The notes beneath the pieces are model-generated. The model saw only the letters and a list, made by a program, of their open reading frames with translations, searched no databases and was not told the DNA's origin. From Geosiphon pyriformis uo1 (Eukaryota > Fungi > Glomeromycota), in the NCBI GenBank assembly GCA_016748015.1, contig JAAOMT010000661.1, positions 124,001-188,000 of the forward strand: DNA of 64,000 nt, given 5' to 3'. This document shows, piece by piece, positions 48,349-62,437 of the stretch (position 1 is the first letter of the stretch; every line of letters begins with the position of its first letter). Both the position numbers and the translations under genes were made by a program.

Positions 48349-51300
48349 ACCAATAAGATGAAAATTCTTTTTTTGAATTCATTTCATAAAACAAACCAAT
48401 TTAAACCTTTTATTTTGTTCAATCAGGAAAGATTTGAAGAAATTTTTCAGTATTTGAACATTATATTTTAAACTTAGAATATCCAAATAGATTGTTTGGT
48501 AAAATTATTAGCATTTAATGTTTTCTTTAAATAGTTTATGATTCTGAAAGAGTTCTCAAGAGTCACTTAATATTTTATAAATTGCATATAATTTTTATGA
48601 AGAAAAAATTTTCATTCTTCATTTTTTAGAACCATCGATAAGTTTAAATTATGTAAAATAATGCCACAGTTTTGATGAGTTTTGAAGAGATGCCAAAATA
48701 TTAATAAATTCATAAAATACTTGCGCTTTTGATACTTTCTTTCGAAAGATTCAAGATACAATCTATTTGAAAACATTCTCAAAAAATGAAGGACCAATTA
48801 AAAAAAAGGGGTAAATAGTAAAAAAAAATTTTCGTTTGTTTGTATTTTTACGCAAAATAGAAAATTTAGCCTAAAAAAAGAAATTTCCATTGATATTGAA
48901 TTACTTAGAATTTCATATTTTAAATGATTGGCCAAGCCGACGTTTTCAAGATAAATTTTCCGTATAATTTGTAAGACATGATTTTATAGCATTTTCGTAA
49001 TTAAAAAAAAATTATCCCTATTTTAAGTGGTAAAACTTCATTCAACCTATATTAGGATATTTAAACTTTATTTTCTTTTAATCACTGTAGTTTGGTAAGA
49101 AAATATGCAAGCAAAACAAGATTAAATTTAATTCGGAAAAGATATGATCTTCTGATCCAACTGTGTTACCATCATGCTTTAAAAGCTTTTTGGTGGACAT
49201 AACAATTTTTATTTGTTCATTTCATTGAGTAACATAACTCTCAGAGATTATTTAGAAATAGAAAAACTATCTTATAAATAAAGAATACACTGGTGAAATT
49301 GTGTTTGTGAACCAATTTTGTTTGATGTCTATTTTTTCTATTCAGGGTTGTGAATAGTGATATGCCATGCTATTCTATGTAATAAAATTATCTCCACTTA
49401 AACAACTATAGCCATGATGTATTAGCAAGCTGAATTAATTTATGAAATCCTTAAATTAGTAAAGGAAAATAGTTATTTAGATATTGATTACTATTCAAAG
49501 CTAATATGGAATGCTCAAATTTATGGATTACTTTTGTTTTAACACCAAACCCTAAGCCTAAATTTCATCTCAACAATAAATACTCCAAATTAAATTTAAT
49601 TCAAATAGAATTTAAATACTTTCTGATTGTGTACAACACTTTGTGACTGTAGCTAGAATAGAATTTTCTCGAAAAAATCTATACTAAAATTTTCTGAAAT
49701 TTTTAATGCATAAAAATGATTAGAATGGTTTATTCATAAACATCTATAGCCTTATTTTTTCTAAGATCTTAATATTTATTAAAAATAATTTTTAATAACA
49801 CTATTCATAAAAGAAATATTCTGTAACCAAAATTTTTTAAGGAGAACAAGATGAATTTTCGATTGCCTTTTTGTTAATTAAGTAGCTTCTTTATGTTAGA
49901 GCAAAAGTATTATATTTGTCGTTTTTTTTTTTAATTTTAATGAGAATATATTCAGAATTAATATACATGGAAACTTCTTTCATAATAATCAATTTCTCTT
50001 TAATTAAAAATTCTCTTGCATTAATATTATTTATAATTAATTTTAAGTTTTCTTATTATGGAACCAATATTTCGTCGTGTGGGGTGACATTAATTGTTAA
50101 AATTACTAAAATTTATTTTCATAATAATCACAATTTAATAACAGTGAACATTTTCGACAAATTTATTCATCAAATCGTTTCATTGGCAGTGAACCTTGAC
50201 GACAAAGTCTTTTTTACACTTGATCGGTTATTATTTTTTGCTATTATTACCAGTACAGAAAATTTTTTACATCTTGAGCCGAAAATTGAAAAATATTTTT
50301 GTTCAATTTTGAGAAAATTCTTCGGCCATCTTTTGAAACACGGGAAAATTTTCAAAAAAAAGGACAACGATTTTTGAGAACAATGAGAACTTGAAATGGT
50401 AAAAATATACGATCATTGTGATATTCATCATGCATTCTGCGTGAATCATGTCGATCTATATCGTTTTACCTTAACTGGAGCAATTTTGTATTGTTAATCT
50501 ATATTTTAGGTTAATAAGCAACCTTGAAAAATCAAATCAAATTTATCGTCATTTTGATGAAAAACTTTTCTTATGTTCCTTTTAAATGTTATCAGTTCAT
50601 TATTAAACTTTAAATATTAATGATAAAGAATGAAAAACAGGAAATTACTAAATATATTCTAGGCGGGAAAATTTTTTCCATCAAAGGACGACCTTTGTAT
50701 GCATAAAAAACCATGTGTTTATCAATGCAAGCAACTCATATGACTTAATCAGATATGTTAAAGACTTGAGCGAAGTTTTGGTTCTGAAGAAATTTTAGGT
50801 TCAAATTTTTTTATTAAATTATGCATTTATGCAGAACACTGCTATGTTAATGATTTTAAATTCAAATCTTCTGCATTTAATTTAAACTTTCAAAAAACTC
50901 CCAATAGCAAAAAAAATTTTTACTCTTATTCTAAACTGTGACTGACCGAAATCTTATTTAAATTAGATGATCCATGCATTATATCATTTTTCGTCATAAA
51001 AAACACGAGGTTAAAACATACTTTTAAAGAAAAAAATACGAGAAAACCAAAGCTCGAATAAATTGGGTCCACACTGACCATAAAGTTAATCTTAATAATA
51101 AAACGTTCCTATAAAATTTTTTTAAAGTAAAAAGTGAATTTCTTACATAAATGTGCATCACATGAAAAACGTTCATGCAGTGGCGGAATTCCGGCGCCAC
51201 AATTACTTCTTCTTTTGGATATTTTTTGCCGCTTCAAATATTTGTACTTTTCATTTTTGATTTTTCTCGGTTACCGTTGCATTTGAAAAAATCTTTTTGA

Positions 51301-51553
51301 CTCCCAAATCTAATATCTTTTTACCTTGTAATTAATGTTGTGAGTCGAGATCTACAAGAAAATGCGAGAATCTTCGTCTAAGAATATTAACTAATAACAA
51401 GTCCCTGGCTTTTCAATTTCTATAAAATTATATTTTGGGATAGTTTTCTCCAAATATATAAACAGCAAGATTTCCTTAATCAATTCATTACAATTTCAAA
51501 GCTATCTTTTAGATAATTTTTTGGTTGAAGATTTTCTTTTATTTCTCTAAAGA

Positions 51554-52834
51554 ATGTCTCATCCGCCACCTTTTTCTCTCATTTTTGAAGGTCCTTTATC
51601 CAATGAAGAATTAAAGGAGCTTTACAAAACCCCACCACCTTGTCAGCTATGGTTAACAATAGATGAACTAACCATGCCAAAGACCATTGAAACCCCTTCG
51701 AAAAATAAAAAGCTTCCCAAAGTTCCTAATTCATGGATCCTTTTTCGAAAGAATTATTGTGCTGGTCTGGAAAAATCGCAACCAGGCAAAAAATTTCATG
51801 TTCATGAAGTTTCAAAAAGTGCATCAAAAGCATGGGAGGATTCATCAATTAAGGTGAAAACCTACTTTGCGAAATTATCAAATAAGGCCAGAACCGAATT
51901 TGAAAGATTGTATGGTGATAGTTCGTCCATTGTCCAAAAAAATAACTCTAACCAACCCTTAAATACTGTTCAAAAGCCATGGCCTTATTACAAAAAATCG
52001 GTAAAAGTGATCAAAGATTCAAAAAGTAAACGCAATCGAAAAAAAGGTGCACAAAAAGATTTTGGGGCAGAGCCTACAAAGGATTCTCTTTTGAACTTGC
52101 CAAAAGATGGAAAAATTCTCACTGAGCTTCCAACAATTGATCACTCTCATACCCAAATCATTTCAAGCATTTCAGAGAGTTCAATAACTAATGAAGTGCC
52201 AGCTTGCCAAATAAATAGCTCTTGCCAATCGAATTTACTTGATGTTTTCGAACAACTCCCTTCTCTAGAAACAGTTTCAAATCATTTTATTCCTGAAAAT
52301 CCAAACCAGGAATACTCTCCTGAAGTCAATCTTCTTGAAATACACTATGACTTTATGAATTCATCAGGTCATTTCTTAAATCGAACATGCGAGAAGCATT
52401 TAAATGAGAGGCTAGGAAGTATTTCACCAAATTCTCACCTATCTGAATATCAAAATATTTCACCTCGAGGTCAAGGTCAAAGAAATAATTCCTTAAATTT
52501 ACTGCCAAATATCGAAATACTTGCCGATGAAGATAAATCAATTCTTCAAGTCCCGACAAAGCAATTTTTTAGAAACGGGATCTTTGAAAATAACACTTTA
52601 AAAAAATCTCAGCCTGAAGCAAGCTCTCAGGGGTTTGAAAATATTACTCTTTCACAAACAGAAATTTTCGAGAAGAATCCTTCATCTATGTCAAATGAGT
52701 CTTCCTTTACATTTTTGGAAGGACTAGAAGTTCGAGACTCACTCGGTTTTGATTTCTTACCGATTGAAGTATCTGAATGCCCTCAAGTTCCAAATTCTTC
52801 ATTTGAAGACGCAACAAATTTCAAATCGTTCTAG
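51554..52834 (+). CDS. HMG-box transcription factor (426 aa) with a basic NLS-like segment and acidic/Ser-rich tail
   Basis: PKVPNSWILFRKNY...EVSKSASKAWEDSSIKVKTYFAKLS; basic stretch KSKRNRKK. Confidence 0.9.
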   Translation: MSHPPPFSLIFEGPLSNEELKELYKTPPPCQLWLTIDELTMPKTIETPSKNKKLPKVPNSWILFRKNYCAGLEKSQPGKKFHVHEVSKSASKAWEDSSIKVKTYFAKLSNKARTEFERLYGDSSSIVQKNNSNQPLNTVQKPWPYYKKSVKVIKDSKSKRNRKKGAQKDFGAEPTKDSLLNLPKDGKILTELPTIDHSHTQIISSISESSITNEVPACQINSSCQSNLLDVFEQLPSLETVSNHFIPENPNQEYSPEVNLLEIHYDFMNSSGHFLNRTCEKHLNERLGSISPNSHLSEYQNISPRGQGQRNNSLNLLPNIEILADEDKSILQVPTKQFFRNGIFENNTLKKSQPEASSQGFENITLSQTEIFEKNPSSMSNESSFTFLEGLEVRDSLGFDFLPIEVSECPQVPNSSFEDATNFKSF

Positions 52835-54639
52835 TTCAATACTCTTTGAAAACCTCCCTTTATAAACATGCCATCCAATCAACTTAATACTTTTCCCAAA
52901 CTTTCTTCTGATTAATGTAGGCTTTCTTAATGAATCACACTGTCTTAAATTTCCTGAAAAAAATAACAATGGAAGTCCTATGAGAAAACATGGAATGAAA
53001 TCTTAAAACTAATTAAGAGTCTAATTAAAGAATTCCTAATTTTTAAATTAAGAGTTATATAAGATATTTAAACAGTAAAATGAGGAAATTAATATTTTTA
53101 AGATGGTCATTTTTACAGAATGGTATTTTTAGTATAGTCAAGAATTTGTCTCAAATGAGATTATTTTCTCAATTTCTAAATAGCAAAAAAATTAAGCAAA
53201 ATGAGCAGTTAACACTCCAACATTAGCACAACCTAATCTAAAAGATATGAAAAAATAGTCCAATTTAACGGTTAGCAAATTTTTAGCTTTCACAAGTAAT
53301 ATATATGCAGCAAAATAGGTGCCTTCTTTGAGAATTGATGGAAAAACTAGAATTTTAATTATTATAAATACCTAATAATTTACTAAAAGATATTCCTAAA
53401 AAAATATGCTTAAGCAATGAGTTTTTATAAATAAATTTATAAAACAAATTTTTTATGATTCACTAAAAACCTTTCACACGTCAAGATTTTCCCGAGGAGG
53501 TAATCCCTTTAAAAAAACCAATCTCAATAAGCATAACTAAATGATTTTTTCTTAAAAAATTTTCAATTTCTTTTAAAAATACTGTTTTCACTTGATAGAA
53601 ACCAATGGCATTTTCCTCTAAATGAAAAAGACAATGATTTAAACACAAGTCGTTAAAAATTAACTTATTTAACAATAGATAATTTTGCCTGCAGATTTTT
53701 TGAGGTATAAATTATGACTCGTGATCTTAATTCATGTGCACTATAAAGGGCTATTGATTGAAAGTCACGTTTTTTTTGGTTTTACAAGGATCAATAAAAA
53801 ATGCAGGGGATTTTATAAGATAATGACCCAAGAGATCAGTTGTTAATGTAAGGTATCTGAACATTGGATTCTGTCAAGCATTCAAATGCTTAATTCTCCC
53901 ATGTTTGTCTAAATTATTTAGGCTGTCCATGCTTTTCTTGATTTTCCAGTTGCTGCTGTGCTGATTATTCTACAGCTGTGCTGATAAAGCGATCACTGTT
54001 TGGGCTTCTACGTTTCTTCTCACGTCGCTAGCTTTATCAGTTATTTCTGCAGAAATTTTACCGGACAATTGATACTCCCGTAAAAAAGCACAAGTATAAA
54101 ATCTCACCCTTGCCAAGTAAAGGTACCTTAAAAAGTTTCCCACTAACACAGCTAATTATTGGTGTTTAGATTTGGGTTTGATTCTAATGGTATTAAATGT
54201 GGAATAATAGCATTTTTTTTAAAAAGATGTTTATTTTGTAAGGCAATAGCTCTAAACGGTAAACCATATTATTATACGAAAAGCCTATTATAAAAACTAA
54301 CTAAATTTAAATTTGATATCATAAATATTTTCAATTTTATTGAACTCTCATTGGAAAAAAAATTCATATGGAACATTTTTATTTCCACTCCTGTATGATT
54401 TTGGCAAGAAATCCAATCCAATCATGTATTATCAGATTTTTTCTAAAAAAAATTTAATTTTCAATGCTTCATAAATAATCATTGAATAATATATCCATAT
54501 GAAAATAAATATGGATAACAATTACATAGGCTAATTTTCTGAATCCGGGAGTATACCTTTAAACAAGTTAAAATCTCATCCTGATTTTCAGTAGGATACG
54601 AAATTACGCAAAAAATTATACATCGAATGTAATTAATTT

Positions 54640-55380
54640 TGCTAATTTAAAAATGCCAAACGACATACTTTGTCGAAAATTTCTTAAATTGGACTAGGGG
54701 AAACACTATATTAGATGAGATTATTCAATTAACTCAAATGGAGTGCTGATTATTTAGAGCGGATCCCTTTCGATCAATTTAAGCCACTTGAATTTTATGG
54801 AAAGACACTTGAGGCATCTATGGAATTCGAATAGTTTTTAGAGCAAAATATAATAAAATTGGTTAAGCTGTAAAATTCTTTTATTTTACAGATTCGACTT
54901 TCTCACCATTGCATTAATCTAGGAGTTTAGCAGATACTTTGGGGTTATACGTTTTTAATGAAATTCTATGAAAACAGCAACTTATGTAATTTAAACCATA
55001 TACGTGGAAATATTTGCTTTGGGGAGTAATTGTTGATCTGGAAAACATTCATCATTCTGATCTTACTATGGTATGATTGAGGACGAGGCAATTTCTACTA
55101 ATGACAGAATATCCGATACCGGAATTTGGGAGTTCTCCCATTTCTGCGGAGATCGGCCTTTTGCAGATGTCCCACATGAAGGTCACTTTAGCACCCATCA
55201 GTGGAAATTAAAACCCTGGGATAAAGATCCAAAGAAAAGACCAAACTGCCTTTAAACTAAATGAAACTTTTAATCAATGGATTACCGATATTTGTGATAA
55301 TCCTTTACCGACACTCATTCCCAACAGTTTGCTATAATTGAGGAATATAGATGGGTTATTCTAAGATCAAGCGATAATAA
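54640..55380 (+). pseudogene. Protein kinase (TKL-like) pseudogene
   Basis: Relics WTRGNTILDEIIQLTQ, YLERIPFDQF, DLENIHHSDL, GDRPFADVPH and WDKDPKKRP, with stops, frameshifts and deletions. Confidence 0.78.
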
Positions 55381-57348
55381 GTTTTTGCAAAAAACCAGTT
55401 ACTTTGAGAAATTTTTAATAAACCATTTATGAGAGTTTGCAAATTTAAGAAATCAATTTTTTGGATTTTATTTTAATTTCGTTAATATATTTAAAGAAAT
55501 TCCATTTTCTTTTAATTAAAATTTGCATTCTTTTAATTTTTTTAAAAATTTTGTTTAGCAAAATATTTTTGATATTAATTGTATATAATAAATAGTGTTT
55601 TCAAAATACAAAAATATTATTCAATTAGATTATCACAAATTGATTTACATACTTTCAAAAAGTATTATTTATAACCTATTAGTTTAAATTAAGCATAGTA
55701 ATAAGGCTTTGCAAGGTGTTTTTATATGTGAAGTTTGATTTTTATTCATTCTATAATGGAAGAGTTTTCAGATGATAATGCATAACGTAGTATGAGTAAA
55801 AGAGAGAAAATTGAGCTGGTATAAACCCAAAAGGCCATTTAAGAGTCCAATTGGGATTATTACATGACTGTATAGTATAGTTAATAAATCACAAATTGCA
55901 ATTCACTAGATTAAGTATAATTATATAAAAGTGATCTTACAGGTATTGAAATCAATAATAATATCTTTTAATTTAATTATTGAAAACTGGCAATTGTATT
56001 AGGATTTTAATTAATCAACGATAAATAACGCGAACAATTTTATAATTATTTTGATAATAGGTTAAACCTCAGTTAAAAAATTCAAAGAACTTTGAATTTA
56101 AAAATTGACTGATTAATTATAAAGAGAGTTTGTTTAGCATTGAGGCTTCACTATCTATGATATGATATTATTAACCGCTTCAGAAATTAGTGCTATATAT
56201 ATTTAAGAAATTCGGATTTTCAATTCTTTTAAACGGTATTTAGGAATAAGCTATAATTTTTAATTTAATTTAAAATTTTTGCTGTTTTGAAAATAATAGT
56301 AAGTAACGGAAACGAATACAAACTTTTTCACAAACAAGTCTTTACAAATTCCTAAACCTTTAAATATTTGCTGCCATTTTTTATTTATTGGATAAATTTA
56401 ACTAGATATAACTCATGTCTAGAAAGTTATTTTATACAAGCAGAAGATATAAAATTTTCAATCGAGTTATTTTAATAGCAATATTTATATTATCTTCAAA
56501 TAAATATTAAAAATAAGATGCAAATGGAAAAATTATTCATTTTTCAATATTTTAATCTCGTGACCTTTTTTCTGCTCCCAAGTTTTGATTGGCCCCTTAA
56601 TTAGTAATATTCAAAGTTTTTGGATATCATCAAGGTTTTGGGTTTAAAAATTAAATAAGCCGTCCCATCTGGAATGATGTAAAACTATCCATCCGGCTAT
56701 GATGTAAAACTACCCGTCAAAGGAAAATGACGGTAAATAAAATCTGACCGTGATCTCTAATGTAAATAATTTTTTTTATTAAAAAATATAGTTTTTTTTA
56801 CTTTCACTATTGGTTTTGTTTTTTTCTTCTTAGACTCATAAGACGCCCATAAACAATTTTTTAATTTACCTCGACTATCTGTTTTTTTTTATGCAAATGC
56901 ATACTTTCTCTATTGGTTTCTCTTTCTAAACAACGTCTCTAATGTTAAAACTCATAAACGAGTTTACAATTTACCTGAATATTTGTTTTCATACTTTTCT
57001 TTGTCATTGTTTCTTTTTTCTTTTAGCTTATTATTGGCTCGTGCTACCCAAGGTGAAGAATTATATTTATCAGAAATAAATATACTTAAATATATATTTA
57101 TAGTAGATATAAGTTGTCCAAATAGCGGCTGATAAACCTATTACAATTCATCCCACCAAGTAGACCTGCAAATATGGAAACAGCGAATCCAAAAAACAAT
57201 GCCTCTAGGAGTGGTTCTTATAAAGTAAAAGCTTTACAACGGTTAATAATATGATAACAGATTAATATAAGAATTTTAATATGACAGTCTTTAATTCAGA
57301 AATTTGATTTTCTAACTGTAACGTTTCTTTAAAATTTAAAATGTTTAT

Positions 57349-57990
57349 TTTTTTTTTTGCTTAAACGGTGTGATCCAACTACAGCTCATGCTTTTTATAC
57401 ACGTGATAAGCCACCTGAGCCGATCGAGATCACACTATTCTACGCCACTCAGAGAACCAAATCCTCAACTAATTTAGTCGATTTCCTCATAGTCTAACCA
57501 CTAAATCCAACCGAATTTTAGGTTCAACAAACACCTCAATATGCGATCTTATCTCCACAGAAGGTTTCCAAATCTTTACACGGTGCAGATTTATGAACAT
57601 CCTAATCAAACCCTCAACCCCGGATTTAGTTGAGCTGGAATCAACAATCCATTCCTTAAAAACGAACCCTTTAACCAAATTAGCATACAAATCCATCACC
57701 AAATCAGCGCATTCCACCAAATCGGGATACATCAACGATGTAAAACTTCGCAAATGCTAGAGCGGATCCAAGGTTTCATAAGAACATCTCCCAAACTCCA
57801 AACATTCGCGTGCGATATCAACTTTGGTGTCTCTATTAGCACAGTAGACAATTCCACCTCACCCTACTTCACTGCTATAAACTTTTTTTCTCTCAGCAAC
57901 CGGCAAAAGGCCGTGTAAAGTCTTCATAGCGTATGTACGGAAACCAGCCGTTTTTCGGCTCGTTGTTCCTGATTTCAGATGCGAATCTTG
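57349..57990 (-). mobile_element. 5'-truncated non-LTR retrotransposon (LINE) 3' end with poly(A)
   Basis: GC-richer island. The minus strand reads FRTYAMKTLHGLLPVAERKK and LVKGFVFKEW..HRVKIW, and ends GCTGTAGTTGGATCACACCGTTTAAGC-A10. The family call rests on my recall of fungal LINE C-termini. Confidence 0.7.
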
Positions 57991-58502
57991 ATGCCTTTGT
58001 CAAAATATAAATGATATTCATTATTAAAAACCTTTGTTTTCTGATAGTCAAAATATTTAGTTATTTATCCTTAATATTAAAATAAAAGTTTCTAGATATT
58101 TTGATAAAATTAATTTAATGAAGATATTGAAAAAAACCTTTGAAAATAATACAATGCAAAATCAGTTAATTGAGCTATTTATACTGGTAACATATGCTCT
58201 CGACTGTAGGCAATCATCGGTTTACAAAAAGACAATATTACATGCTTTTAAACATAGTATAATACATAATTATACATTGGTGGCCAGGTATTTTCAAAAC
58301 TAACTTTCAATCGTTTTTAAGTTAACGAAACTAGTCATTTTCATATTTTTATTAAATAATAAAAAAACAAAATACAACACTGTTTTTATAACTTAATATT
58401 AATAAAATTTACTTCTCAAGTTAAAAATTTAAATTTAAATTTAAAAAATAAAAAAACATCAAAATAGGAAAATAGGAAAAGGATTGGAATTAATTTTTAT
58501 CG

Positions 58503-59072
58503 TTACCGAAAAGAAAGCGTCTTAACTGAGCTGATTCCCGCTCTAAATTCAAAAGGTGTTGAACCAAAAATGGGTGGGGGGTTTTGCTGACTAATTAAGG
58601 ATTGATTCAATTGGAAACTATAATTTTGAGTAAAGTCAATTTGTTTATCAGCTGGGAGAAAGTTTAGACCACTATTCTTCCTAGTGTATTGCAACTGGAT
58701 AGGCATGATGGATCTATTTTGTTCTTTTTGAATGGAATTATTCATAATTTCCAAACCTGAATTAAAAGAGGGTGGCATTTCAGATTGTGAATTTGATAGC
58801 TGACGAATTTCTGATGATCCTGGATGTGTTAATGTAAAAGCATTCACATAATCTTTGGTTTGGTTTAATGATGAATTTGCATCGTTCACATTATCATGAG
58901 CAAAATTCTGGTTTTGCTTATTAAAAAAAGTAATTTGTGATGGCTCCACATGACACTCATTTCTGACGAATTGATTTTGATAAAGTTGTTGTTGATAAGA
59001 ATGTCTGTTATCATGACAAATAGGTTGTCCAATAGAGTTTGATCTTTGATAAGGTTGATTTTCGAAATTCAT
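58503..59072 (-). CDS. Hypothetical N/Q/S-rich low-complexity protein (189 aa)
   Basis: ATG ORF of 189 codons in stop-rich DNA; no folded domain recognised. Confidence 0.55.
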   Translation of the reverse strand: MNFENQPYQRSNSIGQPICHDNRHSYQQQLYQNQFVRNECHVEPSQITFFNKQNQNFAHDNVNDANSSLNQTKDYVNAFTLTHPGSSEIRQLSNSQSEMPPSFNSGLEIMNNSIQKEQNRSIMPIQLQYTRKNSGLNFLPADKQIDFTQNYSFQLNQSLISQQNPPPIFGSTPFEFRAGISSVKTLSFR

Positions 59073-59206
59073 TTTTCTTGAGAAAGTGATTTTTAGAATA
59101 TAATGAAGTTTGATTAAATTTCAAACCTCCTTTAAATAAGAATAAATATTGGGGATCTTCATTCAATTTCAAATTTACTTTTATATAATTGTCTTACCTA
59201 AACAAG

Positions 59207-61860
59207 TCACAAAATGACTTGTACTCAACGCTCTGCGAACAGAAACTTCATTATTGCATGATTATTCTTTTTAATTAAATTTAAATTTCGTTTAATAACT
59301 AATGAGACATATGAAATTTTAATATTCAGAAATAGAAAATTTGATATTTTAAGAAAATAAAATAATATTGCTGTTGAAAATATAAAACAATTTTTAAAAA
59401 TACAGAAACTCATTCCTTATCGATTGGAAAATATAATATAATTAATAAAGTTATTTTATATTGATATAGTAGGTATCTCAGAACAAAAGGATTAAATAGG
59501 TAAAAAATTTAAATGCTATCTCATATTATAATATAAAGATCTCTCCGTGCCGTTATCTTTTTCTTTTCGTCCAAATTTGCATTTTTATTAATAAATTATG
59601 CAATATAATATGAGAAAGCTTTATTTAAATTAATTTCTTGACAAGATATTAGGATCTTTTTACATTTTATAAATTTACTAAAGATTTCAATTACCAAAGG
59701 CTAATAGCGAATATTTAATTCTTTAAAAAGTATATTATATTAGAACACAAATTAATTTATATCTTTTATATCTTATTAATTATGTATTCAATTCTTATTT
59801 TTTAAAGCTTCACAGTGATGATTCTGAATTTTAATTTCCCAATTCTTTTATGATATGTTTAAACAGTAAAAAGGTGACAACATAATTTAGAAAAAAGACA
59901 TTTCCGGCCAAATGTAAAAATGACAGGAGATATTGAGCAGATATTAACTTTAAATTTTACATTTATTTCTTGATTTTATGTTTAATCATTTTGCCAGTTG
60001 GGGCATTTTTGGACCCCATCTAACTTGCCAAGCCGCGTGAAACTGTTTTCTGACCGCCAAACCTTCAGATCGTTCTAAAAACATCAAGAAAGAAATTGTT
60101 GTTTGGCTTTTTGGCAAAAGATATAATGCATTGTGTGACATACGACATGAGATTTTAAGTCAGGGACGCCTCAAATAAACCATTCTATTTCCTTTGATGG
60201 TATATGCACATATCTGAATAATGACGCAGGCAAGCGTTACCTCTCTTTTTCACATTGTTTGTTTTATCAGGTTAAAAAGGACTATTTCTGCTGCGGTGTC
60301 ACTGTGCAATGCATCTTTTATTGTGGCCGAAACAAAAATTTATAATGTAAATTCCATGAATATACAATGATGTGGCGAAAATTTTTTCAAGAGATCAGCT
60401 GTATCATAATGAATTATTGAATTTTTGCTCCAGAAACATTATTTCTTGATATTTTCTAATTAATCGAAACAAAAATAATGAATTTATGAGTCCTAGCATT
60501 TAGGGTTTCATTGACAGTCAAATTTTCATGAGCTATGTTAAGAGAATATGTTGACTAAATTGATAATTAGCTACCCTTTTTCAGAAAACTTGAAAAATGG
60601 AATTTTACATTTATCAAATCATTTTGATGTGAAGATAACTGAGCTAAATCAATTACAACGTTTATTTTTGAAGAATAGAGAATACGAGAATCAAAATTTA
60701 TTTTGCGAAGAAATCAATTCTTTGTTCTTCATGCAAATAATTAATCCAGCGTTGACAAAGGAAAAATTTATGTCACACTAAAAATTACTTCAGTTTTTAA
60801 GAATGAATTTCAATATAATTACTTGAAGTAATTTTCTAAAAAGGTTGAGAAGAATCGCACAAAGTCTTCTTTAATTGAAATATGGGTTATTCAGGTGATG
60901 AGAGAGGAATATTCCTTTGATATAAAGAAACTTGAGATTAGATATCAAATCTGAAATAAAATCATATGCTTCGGATTATAAACCTTTTAATATGTAATTC
61001 CAAATTTGGTTGCAAATAGATAACAACTCACAAAATGACTTGTACTCAACGCTCTGTGGAACAAAAACTTCCGTATTAGATGATTATTCTTTTTCATTGA
61101 ATGACTATTGATCGGCGCGAAGAATTATGAGATTTTAATTTTCAGAAATAGAAAATTTGATATTTTAAAGAAAACCAATTTATTAAAGATTTAAATTACC
61201 AAAGGCTAATGGCGAATATGTAATTCTTTAAATTTAATAAAAATGAATGCTTATATTTAGAACACAAATTATCTTATAAATTTTATAGTTCATTAATTGT
61301 GCATTCAATTCTCATTCTATAAAGCTCCACCGTGAAGATTTTAGATTTTAATTCCCCAATTCTTCTATCATATGGTTAAACAGCTCCTTTCGCATTACAC
61401 CCATTTTCAGTATTTTTCTACATGAAATCAATATTTATACTAAAAAGGGTTATATACAAGCTGCATTCATATGACAACACAATTTAGGAAAAAGTCATAT
61501 CGAAATATTTATTGGTGCAGTTTCTATTAATAACGGTAATCTTTTATTTTTAGTATGATATTGAATGATTATTCTTTTAATTTTTTTTAATGACTAATGA
61601 GCTACCCGAACGTATTAAAGTTATCAAATTATAATATTCAGAGATAAAAAAATTAATGTTTTAACTCATTCTTAGGCTTCGTCACCCATTAGAAAATATA
61701 ATATGACGAATAAAGTTATTTATATTTATAAAAAATATATATTAGATATTTTAGAACAAAAAAATCAATTAGATTAAAAAACTAATTTATCTTGTTCGCT
61801 TTACTTTAAATCCGTATTTTCAGTAATGAATTATGCAATATATATCATAGAAAAGCTTCG
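59207..61860. repeat. Diverged non-coding direct duplication (59207-~59900 versus 61028-~61860, rearranged)
   Basis: TCACAAAATGACTTGTACTCAACGCTCTG at 59207 and 61028; AATTACCAAAGGCTAAT at ~59689 and ~61194; AATAAAGTTATTTTATATT at ~59444 and ~61709. Confidence 0.85.
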
Positions 61861-62437
61861 CCCAACTTTATTTCCTAACAGGTGAAGCAGCATCCTCTTT
61901 TTGCATTCTAAACCCTAATATTAACATGGCAGTTGTGTAATATATAATTACACAGAATATTCATAAAGTCATACCTCCAAACGGCTGAAAAGTCAAAAAT
62001 CTCTATTTTATGTTTCATTCCTAATTGTTTTGCAACTGAATGTAACTTTAAATTTAATCCTCTATAATTCAAAACAACTACTAGCACCAATGGCTTTTTA
62101 ATATATTTGAAGAGCTAAGTGAAAAAAACATCCAATCGAAAGTTTTCCTCGTCAAATTTTCAGATTTTAATTTGGTGAAACGTCACATTAAATTCCTAAA
62201 CCAATTTGAAATAGTCCATTACTATACAGTTGAAAAATAGTTTTTGAATTGCAAAAAATTAATTCCATGCATTTGAATGAACTTCACGGGCATAAATTTT
62301 TTCATCATATTTGTGATTTGTGGAACCGGTCAAAAAGTAAGATAAAAAGCTACTGCTTTAACAAAAGAATTTTCGAAATAAAATAAAAAAGCTCTTTTTT
62401 AATAAAAAAACATATCAAAAATCTAGTTATTGGGAAA

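Noticed and set aside
49916-50377. 153-aa F/I/L-rich ORF
   Set aside because: Non-ATG start and composition typical of translated AT-rich non-coding DNA.
51455-51462. TATA boxes (this one and others upstream of several genes)
   Set aside because: Uninformative at this AT content without TSS data.
57050-57230. Hydrophobic coding-like fragment on the minus strand
   Set aside because: Too short and broken to assign.
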